NCBI GenBank assembly: GCA_963749155.1
Contig: CAVVLO010000001.1
Coordinates: 320,001 to 384,000 of the forward strand
DNA length: 64,000 bases
DNA from: an uncultured Armatimonadia bacterium
Lineage (GTDB): Bacteria > Armatimonadota > Zipacnadia > CAVVLO01
Direction of reading: 5' to 3'
How positions within the stretch are numbered: position 1 is the stretch's first letter; every line of letters starts with the position of its first letter. Of the stretch, positions 1 to 10,738 are shown one piece after another. A program made the position numbers and the translations under genes. A model generated the notes under the pieces. The model searched no databases, was not told the origin of the DNA, and was given only the letters and a program-made list of their open reading frames with translations.

Positions 1-551
1 TCGGCGCTGGCGATATTCTTGTCGCCCTCGACCCAATGGCTGGCGGTGATTTCCCAGCGGCCTTCCTTCACGCGTTGCTTGATCTGCTCGAGCATCGCGG
101 GGTTGTGTTCCTCGATGATGCGGTACGTGCTGGCCTGGCTCTGGCTGAACACAAAATCGGGATACTCTTCCATCAGCTTGAGCACGGTCGAGAAGCTGTC
201 ATTGGCGACCGCGACGGTCTCGGGCCACGACCACATCCAGTTCATATCAATGTGCGCGTGCCCAATGCAGTAGACTTCGTAGCTCTTGGCGACCTCGCCT
301 ACGGGGGCGAGGAGCACCTCGGCCTGGGCGATGGCCTGCTCGAGATCGGCCTGGCAGTTGCCCGCTGCGGCTTCGGTGACCTTCGCGGCAGCCTGGCCGG
401 CCAGCGCGCGCCACTCCTCAGCCTTTTCGGGGTTAAGCTGCGCGAGCTTCTCGACGAAATCCAGCTCCGAGTTGATGCGCTCGAACAAGGCGTCAACCCG
501 CTCTTTGCCCTCGGCGAAGGCCTGTCTGAATTGCTCTACTTCGTTTGCCAT
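1..551 (-). CDS. GH38 alpha-mannosidase, 5' part (runs off window start)
   Basis: Not in the ORF track. Manual translation gives MANEVEQFRQ...YCIGHAHIDMNWMWSWPETV...FSQSQASTY...VKEGRWEITASHWVEGDKN, which contains the GH38 N-terminal HxHxDxxW and GRWE motifs. GGAGG RBS upstream. Confidence 0.9.
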   Translation of the reverse strand, partial: MANEVEQFRQAFAEGKERVDALFERINSELDFVEKLAQLNPEKAEEWRALAGQAAAKVTEAAAGNCQADLEQAIAQAEVLLAPVGEVAKSYEVYCIGHAHIDMNWMWSWPETVAVANDSFSTVLKLMEEYPDFVFSQSQASTYRIIEEHNPAMLEQIKQRVKEGRWEITASHWVEGDKNIASA

Positions 552-637
552 TACTTATTCCTCCAGTCTCAGGTCAGCTCCAGGCCGACCTGGTATTTAC
601 CTTGGTTATTTTGGCGCACTAGCACCGGGGGGCTTAT

Positions 638-663
638 TTCGCAGTCGAAGGGAAGCTCCCTGC
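638..663 (-). promoter_or_regulatory. sigmaH-like promoter motif GCAGGG-N15-GCGAA upstream of GH38
   Basis: One copy of the motif that recurs at transcription-unit starts across the window, oriented toward the gene. Confidence 0.6.
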
Positions 664-680
664 CGGCCTTCCGGCTCTTT

Positions 681-1859
681 TCAAGAAGAAGTAACCCAGA
701 TTGGACTCGACCAGGCGCGCCTGCCGTCTGCCTGTGTGACGCGCACGTAGTAGTAATCTGTTTTGCGCTCTGCCTGCCAGTCGGTCAAGGTGAACAAGAC
801 CTGTTCTGCGCTGCCATCCAGATGCTGACAGACATAAGGCTGGCTGTTCTTAAGTAATTCAACCTGGCCCAGAGAGCCTTCACCGACCACTCTCACCCAA
901 AGGCGTCTGCCAGCCTCCTCTGGAAGGGTGATTTCTTCACCCATTACGGCTCCATCAAGGCGGAAGTCTATCAGAATTCGGGCGCCAGAGGCCGCATAAC
1001 AACGTCTTGTTTTCAAAGCTTCAAAGATTGCCTGGCGAGAAAGCTCCGGTGCCAGCACTGCAACTAGCCCGGGATTGTCATAGCGAAGATTACCTCCCGA
1101 GTGGTGAACAAGACCAGGATGGGGAGAGTGCACGTCCGAGCCACCAAGGCAGCCCATACGCGCCCCGCGCTCCAGCGCCACCTGCCAGTGGCCGCCGCGC
1201 GCCTCTTGAGTGACAGGTTCGGGGTTGCCGAAGTATTCACTGGCGCCCCACTTGCTGTAGACCTCCATCAAAGGGGTCATCAGCTCGAGCGGCAGCGCGT
1301 CGAAGTTGGCCCCCTGCGAAAGCGTTGCCGTGTGGTGAGGCAGCGCGAGGATATCGTCGCGCGCAAGCAGCGCTTCGAGCTCCACGCGGGTTATCTCGCC
1401 CTCCTGGACGCCCCGCACGAGGTCGCCCCGGCCCTCGCGATAGTAGAGACAGAGATTGGCGTAGTAGGGCCAGGAATCTCGCTCATAACCAAGCAGCGTC
1501 ACGAAGGTGCCCGGCTGATGGTACTCGGCGACCTTCTGCTGGGTAAGTTCCCACTTCTCGCCCCACAACTCGGCCCGTCCGACGCCCCCGTGGTCGTGGT
1601 CGGTGACCGCGCAGAAGTCGAGTTTCGCCTCATCTCGAGCTGCAGTGAAGTAGTCGTCGAGGCTCCCCTGCCCGTCCGAAAGACTCGTGTGGCCGTGCAC
1701 CTCGCCCCAGTAGACGTTGAAGTCACGCTCTGGCGGCGACTCCATCTTGCCAATCAGCCGACGTTGCTCGTTGGTGAGGTTAGATCCGCCGTAGACGACC
1801 TGGGTACGCTCGAGGTCGCGCGATTCATGCGTGAAATGCCTGCCAGGTTGCTTCATCAT
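681..1859 (-). CDS. PHP-fold metallohydrolase (CehA/McbA / DUF3604-like)
   Basis: YWGEVHGHTSLSDG, FCAVTDHD, LPHH, GGSDVH motifs; C-terminal YYYVRVTQADGRRAWSSPIWV. Confidence 0.85.
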   Translation of the reverse strand: MMKQPGRHFTHESRDLERTQVVYGGSNLTNEQRRLIGKMESPPERDFNVYWGEVHGHTSLSDGQGSLDDYFTAARDEAKLDFCAVTDHDHGGVGRAELWGEKWELTQQKVAEYHQPGTFVTLLGYERDSWPYYANLCLYYREGRGDLVRGVQEGEITRVELEALLARDDILALPHHTATLSQGANFDALPLELMTPLMEVYSKWGASEYFGNPEPVTQEARGGHWQVALERGARMGCLGGSDVHSPHPGLVHHSGGNLRYDNPGLVAVLAPELSRQAIFEALKTRRCYAASGARILIDFRLDGAVMGEEITLPEEAGRRLWVRVVGEGSLGQVELLKNSQPYVCQHLDGSAEQVLFTLTDWQAERKTDYYYVRVTQADGRRAWSSPIWVTSS

Positions 1860-1948
1860 CAGTCCTCTACTTCATATATTTGTCCCTGGTCGAAGCCCAG
1901 GTCTTTGCCTCAGGCAACTGAGGCCCAACGTCCGGATGACCGCGCTCA

Positions 1949-4114
1949 CTATTTCACGTCCTGGCGGAAGGGGAAAGTCGGTAATAATCCGGCTCGACTC
2001 GGATCTACCGAGTGGATGCCTAAGGCAAAGGCGGGTGAGTCAGGTCTCAGTCGGTAGTCCATCGTTTGCCTGTTAACGAAGAGTGGATCTGCGAACCCTG
2101 TATGTGCGTCATACTTGCCGCCGGCGCGCGCCCGCCAGGCTTCCCAATCCTCGGCGACCCAATCTACTACGACCTTATACCAATCGTGAGAGTTGTAGAA
2201 GAGGTTGTAGTCACTTTCGGCAAGCATATCCTCAGCCCAGGGCCAAAAGGCATACAGCCAGGCCGCTCCTTCATCGTGGATGATATTGTGAGACAGATTT
2301 ATGTTGCGGATGCGCTCGTCCTCGGCGCCTGGGGGCGACTCGGCGGCACCGGTGGTGCCGGCCGAGATGACATAAAAATGTTGCGCCGCGCTATTGTCTA
2401 CCGACACGTTGTTAAGGAAGGTGTTGTCCATCCCCTTTATCATATAGGGATAGCCGTTTTTGGTGCCGCGCAGGCGCGCCACGACGTTATCCTCCACCGT
2501 GAAGCCCGCCGAGGCATCGTCCAGATATATGCCTGCCAGGTAGGCGTCATCGCGGAACGCCTTGAGGTGGTGGATGAAGTTGCCACGGATGACCATCTCA
2601 TCGCCCACGCCCCAGGAGTAGAACGCCCCGCCATCGCTGCTATCCGCCATCACATTGCGGCACTCGTTGTAGAGTAGCTTGTTATGGCGAGTGAAGATGA
2701 AGTCCAGGCGGTTCTCGAAGTTGATCTTGTGCCCCCAGGCCTCCCCGCCCAGGCCTCCATGCTCCCTGGGCAGCTGCATCAGGTTGTAGGTGCCGCCGAC
2801 CTGGTTTACCGCATGGCGCGGCATGGCCTCGAACAGGCAGTGTTCTATGACTGTGTCGCCTGTGTGGGCAAGCCATATACCCGAGCCCTGCCCCACGCGT
2901 TGCCCGCAGTGGCCGAAGTAGCAGTTGGAGATATGCACGAACTTGCTGATGTAGGCCTCTTCGGGCCCCGCAAAGTCACCCAGCCCTGCCGGCCAGCCAG
3001 CAAAGCTGGCTCCACAGAAACCTGCCCCGCTGAGCCAGCAGTCGGTCAGGGAGATATCCTCGTTGGCCAGACTCCCCATCAGGCAGTCTTCGCCCGCATT
3101 TCTCAGCCGGCAGGCGCGGAAGTTGATAGCCCGGGTATTATTCAGGAAGACCATCCCGTCAGACCAATGCTTGTCCGGCGACAACACTTTGGTGGAGTCG
3201 CTGATTGAGAAATCGATATTCTCGAAGGTCAGGTCATGGGCGCGTTGGGTCCTTGAGGAGCCCTGCAGTTCGAGTAGCCGCTCCACCTTTGGTGCGATGA
3301 TGAGCTGGCGTTCGATGGGCAGCTTTCGAGGCCAGTAGTAGAGCCACCCCTCCGTCTCATCCAGCCAGAACTCTCCTGGCGCATCGAGGAAGGCCCTCGC
3401 ACCTGAAACGAAGTAGCGGTTTTCCTCGGCCAGGTACCAGAAGGTACCCGAGTCAAGCCTGAGTGTGCGAGTCTCCTTATCGACACCGGCAAGGGGCGAG
3501 AGGGTAGTATACCAATCGTAGTTGACGCCGAAGTCGTGCCTGCCAGCCCACACTGTCACGAAAGCGCCCTGGGCCTCGAACTCCGGTAGCTCGCCCGGCT
3601 TCCAGCGTAGCCAGCCGGTATTGCCCTGAGTCTCGGCGTCCTCGGCGTGCAGGTAGCCACTGTTTGGATGCCTTGCCAGTGTGGCCCATTGCCCGTTCTC
3701 GAACAAGGCCGAGAACCGCCAGTCGCCACCCACCTGGGCGCGGAAGACATGTTCGTCCACCGGCTGCCAACCTGTTACGGGTGTCCCGCCCACCAACTCG
3801 GCGCGCTCTCCAGGGAAACTTTTCCAGGTGATTAGCTGGCCTGGCTTTCCACAGTCCTCGTCCCTCAGGCGCAGTGTCTGGTCCAGATAGTAGGTGCCAC
3901 CCCGCAGCACAACCTCGAGCGGTCCTTCCTCGCCTCTGGCCAGTGCCTGACGCAGGCGTGAAGCTGCCTCCTGGACCTGCTTTACAGGTCGCTCAAGCGT
4001 TCCCGGCGCCGCGTCGTCGCCCGTCGGCGCAACGTAGCAGACCGGCCTGGCCAGGACGACCGAGGCGCACAGCAAGGCCACGGCTCCAGTGAATGCCAGC
4101 AAGCTCCCCCTCAT
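1949..4114 (-). CDS. Secreted right-handed parallel beta-helix protein (pectin-lyase fold, GH141-like architecture)
   Basis: Signal peptide MRGSLLAFTGAVALLCASVVLA; YVAPTGDD..PGT..P, VVLRGGTYYL, LDAPGEFWLD, DGGAFY, GIYLDD motifs; AAGGAGG RBS before ATG 4114. Confidence 0.85.
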   Translation of the reverse strand: MRGSLLAFTGAVALLCASVVLARPVCYVAPTGDDAAPGTLERPVKQVQEAASRLRQALARGEEGPLEVVLRGGTYYLDQTLRLRDEDCGKPGQLITWKSFPGERAELVGGTPVTGWQPVDEHVFRAQVGGDWRFSALFENGQWATLARHPNSGYLHAEDAETQGNTGWLRWKPGELPEFEAQGAFVTVWAGRHDFGVNYDWYTTLSPLAGVDKETRTLRLDSGTFWYLAEENRYFVSGARAFLDAPGEFWLDETEGWLYYWPRKLPIERQLIIAPKVERLLELQGSSRTQRAHDLTFENIDFSISDSTKVLSPDKHWSDGMVFLNNTRAINFRACRLRNAGEDCLMGSLANEDISLTDCWLSGAGFCGASFAGWPAGLGDFAGPEEAYISKFVHISNCYFGHCGQRVGQGSGIWLAHTGDTVIEHCLFEAMPRHAVNQVGGTYNLMQLPREHGGLGGEAWGHKINFENRLDFIFTRHNKLLYNECRNVMADSSDGGAFYSWGVGDEMVIRGNFIHHLKAFRDDAYLAGIYLDDASAGFTVEDNVVARLRGTKNGYPYMIKGMDNTFLNNVSVDNSAAQHFYVISAGTTGAAESPPGAEDERIRNINLSHNIIHDEGAAWLYAFWPWAEDMLAESDYNLFYNSHDWYKVVVDWVAEDWEAWRARAGGKYDAHTGFADPLFVNRQTMDYRLRPDSPAFALGIHSVDPSRAGLLPTFPFRQDVK

Positions 4115-4206
4115 CACGCAGCCCTCCTTTATGGATTCCAAACACTTTGGAATCTCTCCCACTCAGCGATGCCCAACGGCATCGCGAGCTAGCTACCGGT
4201 TGAGGT

Positions 4207-7095
4207 TTACTCGAAGGGATCCTCCACATCGGCTGAGAGAAGTCGCGCAAGCCCCCAGACCGAGTGGTCGCACGAGTAACCATCGCCTCCATTCAGCACT
4301 CGCAGAGTCAACTTGCGGGCTCCGGTCACGGCGACCTTCAACCTTTGAATCTGGCCCTGATTCAGCACCGGCGTTTCTACGACCAGCTTGTCGTCCAGTA
4401 GCACCTGGAACTGGACCGTGCCGTTGGCGGTACCCTGATCGACGCCCACGTTGGCGGCGAACCAGGCGGCGTTCAGCCCTGAGAGGTCCCAGACTATATC
4501 GGCAGGAGTAGCGTCGGGGAAGGCATGCGTCCACAGCCCGCGCGGCTGAGGCTCGCCCGCCACGTTTAGCTGGGCGCTGGAGTAGCTCTTGTCGCGGAAG
4601 GGCCCAACGCCTGAGCCGGCCTCGGCCTTCTCCCAGGGCAGATCGGAGAGGAAGACGACCCCCGCCGGCAGGTCAAGAGGTGGAGTGGTGAACTGTTTCG
4701 ATCCGCCCTCATTCCAGCGCTTGCCACCCCAGGAACGCGCCTCGACCCCCCAGTAAAGCTGCTTGCCGGCAGGCAGCGTGACCACTTCCATCGCGGGAGT
4801 GTAGCTTGTTACATCGGCAACAGGCTCGGAAAGGTCCTCCTGGGTAGAAACGAGCACGCGCCAGCTCTGAGCCTCAGGTGCCCGCTGCCACACGAAGCGC
4901 GCGTTTGCAAAATATTGGTCGCTGTTGGTGACTGCCTCGCCCAGAGTAAACCGCTCCGGAGGAGCCAGCCCCTCGGGCAGGGGGAGGGCTTCGTCCTGCA
5001 CATAGACCAGTTCGGACTGGTAATAGCCTGAAAGGGCAAAGGTCAGTCCCTTTTCCATCAGCTGCTTGCCCTTGAGCCGCGCCGGAGGCAGGTTGCCGTC
5101 CTCGCACCACACGTGGTAATTACGGTCCGGCGCCAGGCCCTTCAGCAGCACGGTGCAGGTCGGCTCCTCCGACTTCGGCTTGAAGACGAACAGCAGGCCC
5201 CGCTTGAGCGGTTCGCTGAAGAAGAAAAGCGCGTCCCAGTGCACTCCGTCCGGCCGGGGCAGCACATGATGCACCCGGCAATCTTGCAATACCGGTCGCA
5301 CCGACTTTTTGTATAGGTCCACCGAGTGTTTGAAACTTGCCGCAAGACCCGGCGAGTAGCTCGCCGAGTTGATGGGCGCCGCCTGCCAGGAGGCCATCAT
5401 CGCGCTGCGCCAGAAGTACGGCCCTGGCTCATCCTCCTCTCCCATGCGCCAGTCCTGGGTATAAACCTGCAGCATCGTGGGCGGGAAGGCATAGGTACTG
5501 TCGTAGAGGCTGCAGCGGTTGGGCAGCGCCGACAGCCAGTCGGTGGAGGTGCAGTAGTGGCTGCGCGCCATCGCGCCGAAATCTTTGATATGGCCCGCGC
5601 CCGAGCAGTTCTCCAGTACCAGCCAGGGGAAGGTTTGCTTCAGGTGTTCCATCACCTGGTAATAACCGAGCGTGGCCCAATAGCTCACATCCACCCCATA
5701 ATGGTGCCTGTGGGTGGTCTTGTTGCAGGTCGTCACAATAGGCGTGATGTCGTGCTTGTAGTAGTCGAGGTGGCTCTCTTCGACTGTCCTATCCACTGTG
5801 GCAAGGACCCACTCCTTTGCTGGCTCGCAGGCCAGGCAAAGCAGACCGCCGTAAAAGGGCCCTGGCTGCCAGTCCGGGGGATAATCGGCATTCAGCCACT
5901 CAGCGTTGCGCCGGACACTCAGCGCCTGCGGGTCCTCCGAGAGCCCCGCGTTGGTCCAGGCATGCCAGAGGCCCATCTTCATCCCCTGCTCGTGCACCCA
6001 ACTGGTAATCGGGTCGGGGCCCTCGGGGAAGCGCTTCGGATCCCAGCGCCAGTCGCCCACATGCGGAAACCACATCGCGTCAGGGATAAACACCTCGAAG
6101 CCCGCCTTCGCCGCGTTGCGCGCGCTTGCGAGGACGCCCTCCGTGGTCGCGGCGGAGTAGCCTGGCGGATTCTGGGGGCCTGCGTCAAAGTAGCAGTTCC
6201 ACGCCAAAACCGGATCCTGCAGCCAGGCAGGCGATTCGGCGCGCAGGTGCTTCATCAGGAAGCGTCCCAGCCGGTAACTGCCTTCTTCTACATCGCCCTG
6301 ATGGCAGCCAACGAAGGCCGGCGGCACGAGGAAGGTCTCCCCGGCATATACATCGGTGCGGAAGTCGGGCATCAGCCCCACTCGGACAGTCAACTCTTCC
6401 GCAGTCTGGCCAGCGGAGGCCTCGACTCGCCCGATGGCGGAGAACTCCCAGCCCACATATAGCCCCTGTTTGTTCCCGGCCTGCACCGCCAGCCAGGGCA
6501 CGGGGGCATTGCTGCGTTCGGGATGGCTGACGAGTTCGAGGTCGAGGTCGCTTTCCACTGGCTGACAGACGGTCGCTCCGTCAACCCTTGAGTCTTGCGC
6601 GCCCCTGCGGATCCACCACAGGTCGGTCGGGCCGGCAAGCTTCAGGCCCTCGAGACTGAGGCTGTCCTGGTGCCCGACGCAGAAGGTGGTGGGTGAGTTA
6701 TTAACCAGCTCCATCCAGTGCTGGACAGGCCCAGGTCCCTCGAAGGCGCGCCAGCACGAGCGTAGCGTTAGTTCGGGCTTTGCGCACTCGAAGCTCAGCA
6801 CGAGGGTCTGCTCATCGCGCTGCTCTGCGCTGGCAAACCGCCAGTCCAGCACAACTGGGGCGCCCTCGACCCAGCCTTGCTCTGGCAAGGGTAGCCTCAG
6901 GCCAGCTTCAGCCCAGTTGTAGCCGACCTTGGGGCACTCTAGCTGCTCCATAATCAGCTCATCGGCGACAATTGAGAGGCGCACTCGCGTGTCCTCGGTC
7001 AACAGCTTCCACGGCCCGGCGTGTTTGTCGGCCCCCAGCGCGCGCGCTGACAGCAATACCAGAAGAAGCAGCGGGACCAATAGTTCGCCTCTCAT
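4207..7095 (-). CDS. Secreted GH36-like alpha-galactosidase with FnIII-like and C-terminal NPCBM/NEW2 domains
   Basis: Signal peptide; FIPDAMWF..GDW..D..RFP, MKMGLW, DYYKHD, ENCSGAG; C-terminal VFLSDLPW...GLWTHA...FAANVGVD...GTVQFQV...CDHSVWGLARL typical of NPCBM. Confidence 0.85.
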   Translation of the reverse strand: MRGELLVPLLLLVLLSARALGADKHAGPWKLLTEDTRVRLSIVADELIMEQLECPKVGYNWAEAGLRLPLPEQGWVEGAPVVLDWRFASAEQRDEQTLVLSFECAKPELTLRSCWRAFEGPGPVQHWMELVNNSPTTFCVGHQDSLSLEGLKLAGPTDLWWIRRGAQDSRVDGATVCQPVESDLDLELVSHPERSNAPVPWLAVQAGNKQGLYVGWEFSAIGRVEASAGQTAEELTVRVGLMPDFRTDVYAGETFLVPPAFVGCHQGDVEEGSYRLGRFLMKHLRAESPAWLQDPVLAWNCYFDAGPQNPPGYSAATTEGVLASARNAAKAGFEVFIPDAMWFPHVGDWRWDPKRFPEGPDPITSWVHEQGMKMGLWHAWTNAGLSEDPQALSVRRNAEWLNADYPPDWQPGPFYGGLLCLACEPAKEWVLATVDRTVEESHLDYYKHDITPIVTTCNKTTHRHHYGVDVSYWATLGYYQVMEHLKQTFPWLVLENCSGAGHIKDFGAMARSHYCTSTDWLSALPNRCSLYDSTYAFPPTMLQVYTQDWRMGEEDEPGPYFWRSAMMASWQAAPINSASYSPGLAASFKHSVDLYKKSVRPVLQDCRVHHVLPRPDGVHWDALFFFSEPLKRGLLFVFKPKSEEPTCTVLLKGLAPDRNYHVWCEDGNLPPARLKGKQLMEKGLTFALSGYYQSELVYVQDEALPLPEGLAPPERFTLGEAVTNSDQYFANARFVWQRAPEAQSWRVLVSTQEDLSEPVADVTSYTPAMEVVTLPAGKQLYWGVEARSWGGKRWNEGGSKQFTTPPLDLPAGVVFLSDLPWEKAEAGSGVGPFRDKSYSSAQLNVAGEPQPRGLWTHAFPDATPADIVWDLSGLNAAWFAANVGVDQGTANGTVQFQVLLDDKLVVETPVLNQGQIQRLKVAVTGARKLTLRVLNGGDGYSCDHSVWGLARLLSADVEDPFE

Positions 7096-7131
7096 AAGGA
7101 ACCTCCAACTAGCTTAAGCTACCCAGCTACC

Positions 7132-7183
7132 TTCGCCTTCAGGCTGCCGGCTCCTATGCAGGTATGTTGTGGCAGTCGGCTAA
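7132..7183. promoter_or_regulatory. Back-to-back sigmaH-like promoters: ATAGGA-N15-GCGAA (-, 7132-7157) and GCAGGT-N15-GCTAA (+, 7158-7183)
   Basis: Two motif copies between the divergent GH36 and GH42 genes, each pointing at its gene. Confidence 0.6.
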
Positions 7184-7218
7184 TTCTCACCGCGGTATCA
7201 GGACAGGAGGCGAGGCAG

Positions 7219-9304
7219 ATGAGCAAGCTGCCCTTCGAGGCTGCACTTGGCAGATATCCCTATGGCACCGAGTATTATCGCGCGCCGACGCCCCGGCCCG
7301 AGGAATGGGCTGGCGATCTGGCGGAGCTTGGCAGACTGGGTTATACCCATGTGCAGTTCCACACTCAGTGGATCTGGCATGAACGGCTGCGCGGGCAATT
7401 CGTCTGGGACGACCTGGACCAGCTCTTCGACCTGTCACACCAGAATGGGCTGAAGGTCATCCTCAAGCCGATGCTGGAGTGCGCCCCCGACTGGGTTTAC
7501 AACGAGCTGGAGGGCCATCGGGTTGACCTGCAGGGCAACCACATCGGCCCCTGGGCGCATGGCTGCGCCTACGTGGGCGGCTGGCTGCCTTGTTTCGATA
7601 ATCCTGCCGTTGCCGAGGCCGGCGCCAACTGGACGCGAGCCCTGGTCAATCGTTACGCCAACCATCCTGCGATGTGGATTTACAACGCCTGGAACGAGCC
7701 GCGCAGTCGGCCCCTCGGCCAGTGCGCGTGCCGGCACTCGCAGGAGCTTTATCGAGAGTGGCTGAGGCAGCGTTTCGTTACCATCGAAGCCCTGAACGAT
7801 TTCTACGGTAAAGCCTGGCAGAGTTTCGAGACCATCACGCCGCCGACCGCGCCCTGGGACTATGCCCAGATGCACCTGTGGCGGACCTGGGCGACTGATC
7901 GCGTCGCCGCGCATGTCAGGCTGGTCTACGACGCCATCAAGACCGCCGATCCCAAGGCCTTCGTGATGACCCATGTGGGGATGTGTTCGGTCTTCCAGGA
8001 CGCCGCCTGCGATGCCTCTGACGATCTCCTCAACGCCGCGCAGGTGGACCGGTATGGCACCTCCTTTCCCGTGAGCCTTGCGCCCGCCTCGCCAAGCGGC
8101 TTTGCTTGCGCGGATCTGGTCTCCGACTGGCTGCGCCGAGTAGACCCGCATTACTGGTGCCAGGAGATCTATGCCAACCACGGCGAATGGAGCCGTCCCC
8201 CGGTGCCTGCCGCGATGCGTCGTATGCTCTGGCAAGCCGTCGCTGGCGGGGCAATCGGCATTACTTTCTGGCAATGGCGTTCTGAACGCGCCGGCAATGA
8301 GACCAACGGTTATGGAGTGAGGAACGTAGATGGCTCCCAGACCGAGCGAGGCGAGGTTGTGGACTCGGTGGCGGCTATCTTGCGCGACCGGGGAGAGGCC
8401 CTGATCGGTACCGAGCGGCCCCAAAGCCCCATCGCGTTGCTGTACAACCGCCCTTCCGACCTGCTTTCGCGCGTCCTGACGCTGAGGCTGACCGATGTCC
8501 AGCAGTCGGGCAATCTGGAAGCGGGCAGCGTTGACTACCCCTACAAGCGCGCTCTGCACGCGGCCCATGCGCTGTGGCATGCCCTGGGCTACACGGTGGA
8601 GTTCGTCGTGCCGGGCGATGACCTTTCAGGTGTTAAGCTGCTGCACGTCACCTGTGATGAACTCATCAACGCCGAGACTGCCGACTGGCTGCGCGCCTTC
8701 GTCCAGGGCGGCGGCAAGCTGCTGGTAGAGTTCCCCTTCGCCTCCAGGGACGAGAACACCTGGGTGGCGCCAAACGCGCCCGGCCCAAGGGCTGGCCGAC
8801 CTGCTCGGTTGCGCTGAACAGGAGCGCGTCGTCACCGGCGGGCAGGACTCGGTTACCTTCCCATCTGGCACCCGGCTGGTGGCCTCGGACTGGCGTATAG
8901 ACCTCGTGCCGCGCGGGGGAGAAGTGCTTGCTCAGTGGGACGAGGGCAAGCCGGCGGCGGTGAGGCATAGCTACGGCGCAGGCGAGGTCGTCAGTCTCGG
9001 CCTTAACCTCAGCCTCGCCTTCCGCGACAGCTTCAGCGACGGGGCGCTTGCGGTGTTTGGCCAACTTGTGCGCGAACTGCTGCCCGACGTCCAGCCGGAA
9101 GGCCAACCTGACCTTTGGGTGCGCCGCCGCGTTAGCGAGGCGCGCGAGGTGTGGTTCGTCTTCAATCTGGCTGATACGGAGCGCGTCCTGACCTTGCCCG
9201 CCCAGCCGACCGCCATCTGGGACGGCGAGGGCTGCTGCCTCTCCGGCCTTGAGTTGCGCCTTCCAGCCAAAGCCACCTGGGTTGCCGAGCTTCCAAAAGT
9301 CTAG
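7219..9304 (+). CDS. GH42 beta-galactosidase-like protein (frameshift near 8775-8790)
   Basis: YGTEYY, W...E...G.F.W..LD, WNEP, FREWL..RF.TIEALN..YG, FWQWR; the trimerisation domain continues in ORF 8879..9304 (GLADLLG... after the shift); AGGAGG RBS. Confidence 0.85.
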
Positions 9305-10734
9305 TCCGGCAGCTCCAGCACCTGACAGACGCCCGGCGCGCTCGGCACCGTCAGAGGCTTGCCGTCTACGGCGAGTGTCACTGGCTCGCTGGTCTCGTCG
9401 AAATCAGATCGTCTCACCAGCACCTGGTCGCCAAGCCTGAGGCCTGAAACGACAGGGCCTTGCCAGGTCGGCACCTCGAAGCTGACTGGCGTCCCTTTTG
9501 CGAGAAAATCGCGATATTCGAGGCTGGCCGCCCAGACCTCGTGCAGCAGCCGGACCTCTTCGGGCGCCTCGTCACTCGGGCACCACAGGAATAGCCCGTC
9601 CATCCCGCGCAGCAAGAGATGCCAAAGCAATTCCTGATAGGCCTCGGGGCTCATCTGGACGACGTGTTCGGCAGGCTCGGGCGGGGGAGAAGTCGTATGC
9701 CAGTGCACGAAACTGATGAGCGGCAGGTCGGCCGGCGCGCTCCTGGTCGCGTTGGTGCCTACCATAAGCAGATTGTAGAACCAGCGGTAGTCGGGATTCT
9801 CGAATCCGTACCAGTCGAAGATCCGATACCAGGTGTAGACGACCGGCATCCCGTAGGTGAAGCCTGTCTCGGGAAATTCCTGATACCACTCGCGATAGCG
9901 GGCTTTCTGGTCGGTGCGATAAGGGACGTTGTCAGGTGCAAAATCCTCGAAGTAGTCGTACCAATAGCGCCAACCATCGTTCGGGTAGACGGCGTAGTTG
10001 CCGACCAGCGCATCGGGGAAACGACTCGTTAGCGGTTCGGTGTAGGCCTCTCTCTGGAGCCTCGACCGGATTGACCTGAGCGTCCGCTGGAACTCCCGGA
10101 AGTCTTCGATAGGCTTAAGGTTGGCCTGGCAGCGCGCACAATGCTTGCTGGCTTCCCAGGCGCCGTTCCACTCGAGGGGGCCGTCTATCTCCCAGTCCGC
10201 GAACACGAAGTCCGGCGCGATGCCAGCGTCCTCGTAGGCCTTGGCGAAGTATTCCACCTGCGCCTTCATCGCCGGGATGCGCCCCTCCAGCGCGAAGGGG
10301 CAGCCCTGCTGCTGACCTGCGCAGGAGGTGTCCCAGAAAGGCTTGCCCTCGGCGTCCACGTGGGCCAAGGCTTCATCTCCATTGAAGAAGCGATAGGTCA
10401 CACTGTTGGCGTCCACGCAGATCGGCAGCCCGAGTTTACGTTGCAGCTTCGCGAGGCGCAGTGCCTTATCGAGGCTGCCTGCTGGGTCACCTTGTTGCCA
10501 GGAGGCAATTGCCGCGATGCCATGTTCGTTCAGGGCCAGCAAGGTCGCCTCGGCGTCAGGCTCGTCCGGTGAGACACAGTCAATCGCCGGCCAGAGCAGC
10601 AACGGCAGTCGGTCCCCACGTTCCCACTTCAAGGGCTGGGTGTTATCGAGTAGCAACTTTGCGCGTTCAGTCATCGCGTTCCCACTCCCCGTAATCAGCG
10701 CCAGCAGGACTAAAAGCGCCAGCAGTCTGGTCAT
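9301..10734 (-). CDS. Secreted hypothetical protein, possible TIM-barrel glycoside hydrolase
   Basis: Signal peptide MTRLLALLVLLALITGSGNA; ORF sits in an operon 4 nt after the upstream stop; aromatic-rich, FADWEIDGP and CxxC. No family recognised. Confidence 0.7.
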   Translation of the reverse strand: MTRLLALLVLLALITGSGNAMTERAKLLLDNTQPLKWERGDRLPLLLWPAIDCVSPDEPDAEATLLALNEHGIAAIASWQQGDPAGSLDKALRLAKLQRKLGLPICVDANSVTYRFFNGDEALAHVDAEGKPFWDTSCAGQQQGCPFALEGRIPAMKAQVEYFAKAYEDAGIAPDFVFADWEIDGPLEWNGAWEASKHCARCQANLKPIEDFREFQRTLRSIRSRLQREAYTEPLTSRFPDALVGNYAVYPNDGWRYWYDYFEDFAPDNVPYRTDQKARYREWYQEFPETGFTYGMPVVYTWYRIFDWYGFENPDYRWFYNLLMVGTNATRSAPADLPLISFVHWHTTSPPPEPAEHVVQMSPEAYQELLWHLLLRGMDGLFLWCPSDEAPEEVRLLHEVWAASLEYRDFLAKGTPVSFEVPTWQGPVVSGLRLGDQVLVRRSDFDETSEPVTLAVDGKPLTVPSAPGVCQVLELPD

Positions 10735-10738
10735 CCTG

